This document shows, in pieces, positions 55,415-64,000 of a stretch of DNA of 64,000 nucleotides. The stretch is from contig OZ024747.1 in the NCBI GenBank assembly GCA_964016885.1, positions 48,732,001 to 48,796,000 of the forward strand. Direction: 5' to 3'. The notes below the pieces were generated by a model, which was not told the DNA's origin, did not search any database, and was given only the letters and a program-made list of their open reading frames with translations. Positions within the stretch are counted from its first letter, which is position 1, and each line of letters opens with the position of its first letter. The DNA comes from Eledone cirrhosa. Lineage: Eukaryota. Made by a program: the position numbers and the translations under genes.

Positions 55415-55571
55415 CTCACCGGCGTAATCACTTGACCGAATAACATGAATAAGCTATTATATTCTGAGTATTCACGATCTAACGTGAGTTGCATCTTCTT
55501 TTGGAAGTAACATCTTCTGCACATGTGTATTCGTATAATTGTGTTTCCTTTTCGGTATAATCTCATTTAAA

Positions 55572-55612
55572 TTGAGCTGAGGATCCGACTAAGGTGAAAC
55601 AATTGTCCTCGG
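55572..55612 (+). ncRNA. Minimal hammerhead ribozyme in the 3' pLTR of the Naiad remnant
   Basis: UUGAG CUGAGGA UCC-GACUAA-GGU GAAAC-AAUU-GUC CUCGG; palindromic stem III, GUC triplet, ~160 nt after the EN stop. Confidence 0.88.
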
Positions 55613-57456
55613 AAATGGTGAATTAGCTGTTGTGGAACTACTTCTACCAAACTCGTCCCATGGATTGAGTGCTCTACTACGACGGATCTAACCCGCCAGT
55701 GTTCTACTAATATCTTGGTTGTCCATCGTGAGCGATGATGACATCTTCTTTAATTTAGTTCCCGTCTGCCGTGGGCACGAAGGTGGCTGTTGAGGCCGAT
55801 CCTTGACTTTCAGGGCTTTGGGAGTGCACTCTAAAGAGGAAACCTGTGCGGGAAAGGTTTATAGTGGGAGGGCCAGAGCACAGTGACGGTCCCACTCACT
55901 CGGCCGCAGAATCCAGAATCCGGTGGTACAGAGGACCGTCACGACCAGGGACTTCCTTGGCTACAGTGGATGGCCACGACGTCTGTAGTGCCTTGCCGTG
56001 CCCTAGCGCTCCACACCGCTTGCTGTCGCCGCCTTCGTGACTGTTGGGACGATGTTGTCCTCCTCCACTCACACCGCAGGGTCCAGTCTTCGCATGCAGG
56101 GGCAGGCATCCCCTATCTAACTCATGGGGGGGGGTTCATATGTGACTTTTTTTCTATTTCCACTAATAAATAAATATACAATAATATACAAAATAAATAA
56201 CTTACAAATAAATAAATAAATAAATAAATAAATAAAGTAAAATAAAATACAGACAATGTAGAAACATTACCGCCAACACATTACACCACATACACCCAAG
56301 GAAAACGGAGCTATGCTCGGTAATTCTGTGACAAGTAATAAAACAAAACTACTAAATGATGATGATGATGATATAATTTAAGCACAAGGTCAGCACTTTT
56401 AAGGAGGGGGAAATCGATGACATTGATATCAGTGAATGAACAGTACTGTATTCTATCGACCTCTCAAAATGTAAAGACTCCAGAACAAATCCGGCTAAGC
56501 AGTTTTACGGCGTTCTAACAACTCAGTCAATGCACCTCACATAAATAATTCTTTTTAAAATTGATACAAGACCATTTGGAAAAAGAGGAAAGTCGATTAT
56601 ATTGATCTCAGTGACTCACCGGTACTGTATTCTATATTACTCATCTGGCACTATATTGTATTGACTCCGTAAAAATGAAACCTCGGTGAGATTTGAACCC
56701 AGAGCGTAAAGGGCCGTAACTATATGCCACAAAGCATGTTGTCCAATGCCCTACCGATTCTGCCAATACAATAATAATGATAATAATAATAATACTAATA
56801 ATAATTTCTTTATTAGCCACAGGGGCCCAATAGGTTGGGACCACCACAAGAGCCTTAATATATATATATATATTCCCTTTTCATAAAACACTTTAGAGAG
56901 TATCGCATATATCTCTATTTCATCCCACATTGTCAAGTAGTATCTTTTGGTAAGTGTTTGATCTGAAAGGAAAAGCTCAATTCTAAAAGCTTTTAACTGT
57001 ACCTAACACAAAAATTTATAAGCCATCGCCATCAGAAAGTATTTAAGTCGGCCTTCCTTGGTGAAGGATCAGGGGTGGGAGACAAGTCAATCTTCACCAT
57101 AGACTCTGCTGAGAGCCGGATCCAACATACATATATCAACAAATCAACAGCGAACATTCAAACACCACTAAATTGAGTTACAATTATCAAAAATACGTCC
57201 GTCTTTCCATTCTTTGTGAATGTTACTTGAAACTTGGACCCTGGGAATACAAGACAGGACGCCAGCTGCATTCGATACTCATTTTAAGCAACGTTCTATG
57301 AAGTGCCTTAATCAAGGACGGAATGCACAGTCTGGTCGGGAATCAAACCCACAGCCTTATGAGAGCGAGCCCGAGCCCAACACACTAACCACTAGGCTAC
57401 GCACCTGCTCATAAGCAACAGTAAGTCACTGCACAATATTTAGAGGATGAGAAGCC

Positions 57457-57630
57457 TGGCAGTCCGGCAGAGGGTCAGACGCCATGCTTTGCAGCAAAGA
57501 GTTACGGCCCTTTATGGTCTGAGTTCAAATCCCGCCGAGGTTAACTTTGCCTTTCATCCTTACGGGGTCGATAACATAAAGTACCAGTAATGTACTGGGT
57601 ATTTGCTGGCCTTGTGCCAAAAGTAGAAAC
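57457..57630 (+). mobile_element. tRNA-derived SINE; partial copy at 56685-56766 (-)
   Basis: B box gagttcaaatcc, central domain and tail as in the other copies. Confidence 0.9.
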
Positions 57631-57987
57631 AGTAATTTCAAGATTTATCACAGTTGTGGCCTTCCGTAAACTGAAAAATATGTCAGCCTCGATATGATGA
57701 CAAAAACATACATCTAAATATATTCTGTATTCCTTCCCACCTTATGTATGTATGTATGTATGTATGATGCATGTGTATGTATGTATGTATGTATGTATGT
57801 ATGTATGTATGTATGTATGTATGTATGTATGTATGTATGATGCATGTGTGTGTATGTATGTATGTGTGTGTGTATGTATGTTGTATGAATAAATATTTGT
57901 GCGTATATATGAAATAATGTATGTACATACATACTGTATATAGATACGAGAGTATTGAAGTTTGCTTGAAGCATTGTGGAATAATAA

Positions 57988-58261
57988 GTAAATATCTTTA
58001 AGTCGTTTGGAAGCCTCGACAATGCAAATGGGTAAATCTTCGGGTAACAAGATCCGGTGGTGGAGAGAGAGATGTAAGTGGGTGTACGTTGAGATGCGTG
58101 GTGTGTATAAGATGTGTAAATCTGCACATTTACACATCTTATACACACCACGCATCTCAACGTACACCCACTTACATCTCTCTCTCCACCACCGGATCTT
58201 GTTACCCGAAGATTTACCCATTTGCATTGTCGAGGCTTCCAAACGACTTAAAGATATTTAC
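57988..58261. mobile_element. Perfect fold-back element (134-bp arms, 6-nt loop) between (TATG)n and (CATA)n tracts
   Basis: 57988-58121 and 58128-58261 are exact reverse complements; identical ORFs on both strands in the track. Confidence 0.85.
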
Positions 58262-58519
58262 ATATATAGATACATACATACACACACATATATATATATA
58301 CATGCATGCATACATATGTACATACATGGATTATATATATACATACACACATACATGCATGCATACATACATACATACATACATACATACATACATACAT
58401 ACATACATACATACATACATACATACACACCTACATGCATGCATACATACATACATACATACATACATACATACATACATACATACATACATACATACTT
58501 ACATACATGCATATCTCTA

Positions 58520-59155
58520 TGCAATACAGGAACAAGAACTCCCTACCAAATATCTGCTGCACAAAAGAGGAGGGCCAGCCGCTGACAATAAATGTAGGCT
58601 ATGTAAAACAAAGATAAAGGATGTAAGCCACATTGTTGCCAGCTGCGAAAGAATGTCATCTCGCTACTACCTCCCATGAGACACGATGGGATAGCTAGAA
58701 CCATCTGGAACGCACTTCGGAAAACAAAATTGACAACAAACGAGGAAGAATATATTGAGACAGATGGCACTAAGGAATACTGGTGGAACCTGAAAATAAA
58801 AAACTGCCACCAAATTAAAGCACAACCGGCCTGATATTGATGTAAACGTTGTCAGAAAAATACAGGAGAAGGAGGACATCTACGGACCATTGATGAGGAG
58901 TTTACAAATCCAGTATTCAAGATTCACCTTTAGCTTCATACCCATCATTATTGGAGCTACGGGTTATATACCAGCCCGCTTGGACCAAAGTATGACTGAA
59001 CTTGGATTTGCGGACAAAAAGCGCAGCTCCCTAATTCATAGTCTACAAATGGCTGCGATAGCTGGCACCTTCAAAATTTGCAAAACATTCTTGCGATTCA
59101 AGGGATGACAATTTCTTTTCTTTTACAACCTTGCCACCAGGAAGGTGGCCGGTCA
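58520..59155 (+). mobile_element. R4/Dong-like LINE 3' portion after (CATA)n
   Basis: AIQEQELPTKYL, CRLCKT..HIVASC..SSRYYLP, HNRPDI, FIPIIIGATG, GTFKICKTFLRF. Confidence 0.87.
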
Positions 59156-59559
59156 AAAAAAATATACTCGAAATTAAGAGAAAGAGATAACATATATGTG
59201 TGTACGTATGTTTGTAAAGAAAACTGGTGAAACTACTGAATAAAATGCTTACTCGCACGTTTTTATTTATTCTATTCTTTATTCCTTTATTTATTTTTTG
59301 ACTTTGTTTTCGAAGTTATTTTTGGCTACGAATCTAAATATATCTGAAATTGTTTCATGCAATTTTATATGACATCTTAGATCTCACATCTCACCCTTAC
59401 TCTTGGCACATCTGACGTCGACTTCACGCACTTAAATTCCGACTGATTAATTTTCCAAATGATGAGATATTGGCCGAATATCTCAGCCCGTCCACTATCT
59501 ATTTGTATATATTAGCTGTTGCTTTGGTACTGGGGGGAGGGGGGCATACAATACAGAGG

Positions 59560-59800
59560 AAATGAAGACAATCAATTACCGGGGATTGTCTGCCCGCTTC
59601 CTCTTCGCACCGGACGCCGTCGAAACCTCAGGCGTAATCTGACCTCGCGCTGTCGAACTCCCCCCGCAAGATCAGAACGTCAGAAGCTCATCTGAGGAAG
59701 GAGCCCCGCGAGATGGGATGACTGTTGCAGCGGGTGCCGCTGGCAATTGTCCACCGAAATGCTTTTGCAGTCTTGTCTGCGGGGTGCAGCCTCACACTGC
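59560..59800 (+). mobile_element. CRE-like LINE 3' remnant
   Basis: FAPDAVETSGVI and KEPREMG*LLQRVPLAIVHRNAFAVL. Confidence 0.6.
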
Positions 59801-61172
59801 CGCGCCGTAGGCCCAGAGCCAATTGCCCTCCCTTTCCTTCTCCCTTTCTCTTCTGTGACCCAAAAGTCCTTGCTTTTCTTCCCCTTTTCCTCTCATGTAT
59901 GGCTTCATACTTTCCCACACAGCAAGATCTGCCCTTCTTTACCTCTCCCCCACTTTCTCATTACTTAATTTTGTTTTTATCTTTCTTTCTCAAATTTATT
60001 TATCTTTTTAAAATAAAATTCAATTATCAAAATTTACTTCATGTATCTATAATTATATATCGATTGTGTTATATCGAGCATTGGCCTCGGAAACACTTTA
60101 TTAGGGCTCCACTAGTTCGTACAACTTAACAGCCTGCTCGTGAAATTAACTTTCAAGTGGTTGAGTATTCCACAGACATATGTACATATAATGTAGTTCT
60201 CAGGGACATTCAGCGTGACCCAGCGTTTGATAAGGTAACCTCTTCGAATTACTGGTACAATCCATCATGTGTTATACTGTAAATAGCTTGTGTTATAGTG
60301 TAAATTCCACAGACACGTGTAACCATAATGTAGTTCTCAGAGGTGTGGAAAGGTTACAATCCACAATGTAGTATAGTGTAAATATCTGGGTATTCCACAG
60401 ATACATGTACCTTTAATGCAGTTCTTTTTCAAGGACACAATACGCCACCCAGTCTGGGAATCGAACACAACTTTACAATCTTGAGCCCAACACCTTAACA
60501 ATTAATTTACGTGCATTCACAAAAGTACTTTTCATTTAGTTCTAAGCCACCATTCTTAATTTGTCGTTGACTGGCCTCATTCTCGTTGTTAAGGCCACCG
60601 CACAATTTGGTGTAAATATTCAGCGGGAAAAATTTAGAGATTTTACAAAATTAATTACGGGAGATAGGGGAGATTAAATGAGCTTGGATTAAATGCAAAT
60701 AAACAGCTAGAAACCCTCAAAAGCGGCTCCTAAATCCAGAATACTTGAACCGCATGAGTATCTGAAGAAGTAATGAATTATCTGATGGATAATCTGAATG
60801 ATTTAAAGGAAGGCACTAGGTGTCTGAGGAGAAGATGAGAGATGGATACATCAAACTCCTAAATACGGGTCAAACATTTTAAACGATCCACTTTATTTTT
60901 CAGCTTTGCTAAAGTTCCATATGTATATTATATCGCAGCTTACATATAAACATTTGAAACGGTCCGAAGCCTACAGAGAATAACTCAATGGTTCATATAT
61001 TGCAGATCCCTGACCTGTGTGATAAGTTATTGGTGAAAACAACAGAAATAGGTGTGGATAAGGATACGTTTCGGGTTTAGTCTCACGACGTCTTAGGCAA
61101 TTTCCTTCTAAAACCTCGAAACGATCAATAATTTGTGAGAGAAATTTGGTTAATAGAATCTGCTGGAACCAA

Positions 61173-61270
<98 letters not shown>

Positions 61271-62037
61271 GTATGTATGTATGTATTTATGTATGTACGT
61301 AAAAAGTAAACAGAAATAACAAAGCAAACGACACAGTACAATGAAGAAATATATTAATTGCAAACGAATCAAATATTATTATTAATATTCATAAAACTCA
61401 GATTACATTTATTCTATTCAGCCATGTAGAACGATAAACTATTTGTTAGTTATTTGAATATGGCAAAGCCGGCCATTAATCGCTCGTATACATGAAACTG
61501 ACTAGCCTATCTGCTGATATGCAAATCTGGCTGATCAGTGGATCTGCTAATATGCAGGTCTGACTGATCAGACGGTCTGCTAATAGGCAAATCAGGCCAA
61601 TCAGTCACTGTATATTTTAGAAAATATCATATATTTTCACTAGCTTGATAGTTGGTAAGCATGCCAACACAAAAGCAAGAATGACGATGCCATTCTACTC
61701 ACATGGATTAAAGAGGCTGTTTGCATAATAGCAAACGAATCGAATATACACAGATTACATTTGTTGTATTCAGCCATGTAGAGCGATAAACTATTTTTTA
61801 TCTATATATCTATATATATATATAAATTTGTGAAGGAACAGGGGCTGTGTTGTTGCAAGATAAAGTGTACTTATAAATAAGAGGAAAGCAAGAACGGGTG
61901 ATAATTTGCCCTTCAGGTAAATTGAGTTATACTGTCTCCAGTATTTAGCAATGTATAGACATTTCTATAATTGAAACAATTGTAAGACTGTAAATAAATA
62001 TCCTTGTTGTGTACTGTCAACCATGTTATTCTTCACT

Positions 62038-62076
<39 letters not shown>

Positions 62077-62084
62077 ATTAATGT

Positions 62085-62394
62085 TCAGAGTATACACTGA
62101 GGATGAAAAACTCAGAGCTGTATGGGAGCATCCCAAAAGTCAGCTCAAAAGTGACACAGAGGAGACTGAGGTTGGCTGGACATGCTCACCGACATCCAGA
62201 GTTGACATTGCACTCAGTGCTCCTTTGGGAGCCCCTACATGGACTCACTAGAAGAGGAAGACCAAGGTTAACATATGTTGATGCCCTAAGGACAGACACT
62301 CGTCTGTTGGAGATGCAGGATATGGCAGCAATAATGAGGGACAGAGACCGCTGGAGAGAACTCGTCCATGGATCTCGGGAATTTTACCCGCCTT

Positions 62395-62396
<2 letters not shown>
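62085..62396 (+). mobile_element. RTE-like LINE 3' fragment embedded in (TA)n
   Basis: QRRLRLAGHAHRH..VLLWEP.HG..RRGRPRLTYVD..MRDRDRWR. Confidence 0.85.
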
Positions 62397-62459
<63 letters not shown>

Positions 62460-62580
62460 TGGTTCCACAACAGTTAGTTCACCATACCGGTATGATGAAC
62501 TAACTGTACTGTTGTGGAACTACTTCTACCAAACTCGTCCCATGCTCTGCTACTACGGAAATAACCCTCCACTGTTCTAC

Positions 62581-62643
<63 letters not shown>

Positions 62644-62960
62644 AAAGAACACAAGAGCGTCTACAACATCAAAAGATTTTTATTGGCTTACAATGTTTCT
62701 TCCTTACGTAACCGTAGGATTCGTCAGAGCTATAAAAGGGGTTTGATTGGTGTTATGGACTCTACCAACCAAACATTCAAGAACAAAGAGTAAAGAGAGT
62801 AAAGAACAAAAGCAGGGGACGATAAGTCTAATTTTGGTGCGGGAGGGTGGGGTTTGGGTCCTTGTTTACTAGCTGTGGTCATATTCATTCCCGGGAGTCG
62901 AGTGGTTAGTTGAGCCATAGATGGGGTGGCGTCGATAACACCAATCAAACCCCTTTTATA

Positions 62961-63005
62961 GCTCTGACGAATCCTACGGTTACGTAAGGAAGAAACATTG
63001 TAAGC
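62961..63005 (+). ncRNA. Hammerhead ribozyme in fold-back 62640-63057; mirror copy at 62686-62730 (-)
   Basis: GCU CUGACGA AUCCUACG-GUUA-CGUAAGGAA GAAAC-AUU-GUA AGC; arms 62640-62755/62935-63051. Confidence 0.85.
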
Positions 63006-64000
63006 CAATAAAAATCTTTTGATGTTGTAGACGCTCTTGTGTTCTTTATCATATATACGGCTCTGCTCCAAAGCATAGAGCTAACTATTATGCTGCCAAT
63101 ACCTTAATGGGACACGGGTATACAATACCTAACTCCTATTAACCTAAGTATATATATATATATATATATATATATACAAATATAAATTCACCGAGAATCT
63201 TATTTCAAGCGCTCCATGGACCAGAAGAGACCAGAGCAATCAACATAAGTTATAAAGGCCATACAAACTGAGACGGCGGTTAAGAAACTATTAACCACCT
63301 ACCCCCCCCCCCCCCCCCAAAAAAAAAGAATGAAGCAAGCTAAACGGATCAAACAAAATAATGCATATATATATATATATTTATATATTTTTATATTATA
63401 TATTTTTAGAACAAATTATTCCTCACAACAAAGAAATAGCTAACTTTTAAAGATTATTCTATTCCATTCTACTTGATGTAACACACTAATCTCAGCATCC
63501 CAACTCCTCCAACCGTAATCTTCTTTGACCATCAATACCTTTATATACAATATGCCTAAACTCATTTACACTAACAACTCTCATTTCTTTTCTTAAAAGA
63601 CACTTGATACCTTATCCACTGATGGCCTATTTATTCATCTACTACCACCAACCTTAAGGATTTATACTGCCCCTTTCCATTCTTAACAATGGTCAATCTC
63701 AACCTGGTTATAAAACCTTACTTATTCATATGTATGTTTGTTTTTGTATTCTTCAATAAACAAAGCTCATTATTTCTGAAGACTGCGGGTAGTGAAGACG
63801 TATGTATTCTTTTATCACCAAGATATTTTGTAATATGTTTTACATAGATCAATAATTAAATGAACATGCAAAGGACTACCCACCCAGAAACGATCGTAAA
63901 ATAATGTGTTTTACTATGAATTAACAGTTTTGTGTTTAATTTCATTGTTTTAATATTTCTATATTTATATATATATATATATATATGTGTGTATGTGTGT

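Noticed and set aside
55750-56135. GC-rich segment with two short ORFs
   Set aside because: No recognisable protein motif; probably the 5' region of a retroelement on the minus strand, but I cannot support a family assignment.
57988-58261. All perfect palindromes being library or assembly fold-back artefacts
   Set aside because: Many fold-backs have arm-specific substitutions, recurring family-specific junctions and asymmetric tails, which fits real insertions; the few perfect ones still need long-read confirmation.

Overview
AT-rich, microsatellite-saturated animal DNA, not prokaryotic. The tRNA-derived SINE resembles SINEs I know from octopus, so a cephalopod source is likely (inference). 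Most ORFs in the supplied track are microsatellite artefacts. One host gene is supported: a minus-strand Ly6/uPAR three-finger, probably GPI-anchored, quiver/sleepless-like protein with two phase-matched coding exons (22853-22692 and 10800-10577); its signal-peptide exon was not found. The rest is mobile DNA: many SINE copies, RTE, R4/Dong-like and CRE-like LINE remnants, a non-autonomous Helitron, a mariner-type MITE, three minisatellites and four Naiad-type Penelope-like element (PLE) remnants. The most striking signal is about 20 short fold-back elements from many sequence-unrelated families, sitting mostly in (TA)n tracts. Several carry minimal hammerhead ribozymes, some with variant cores. 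About nine families share a covarying bulged stem-loop (CUC-stem-loop-stem-UN-GAG) 3-8 nt beyond the point where other copies of the family join (TA)n. This looks like a shared cis-signal of a PLE-mobilised, ribozyme-bearing, TA-targeting system. All coordinates and structures were read by eye, so boundaries are approximate unless stated.
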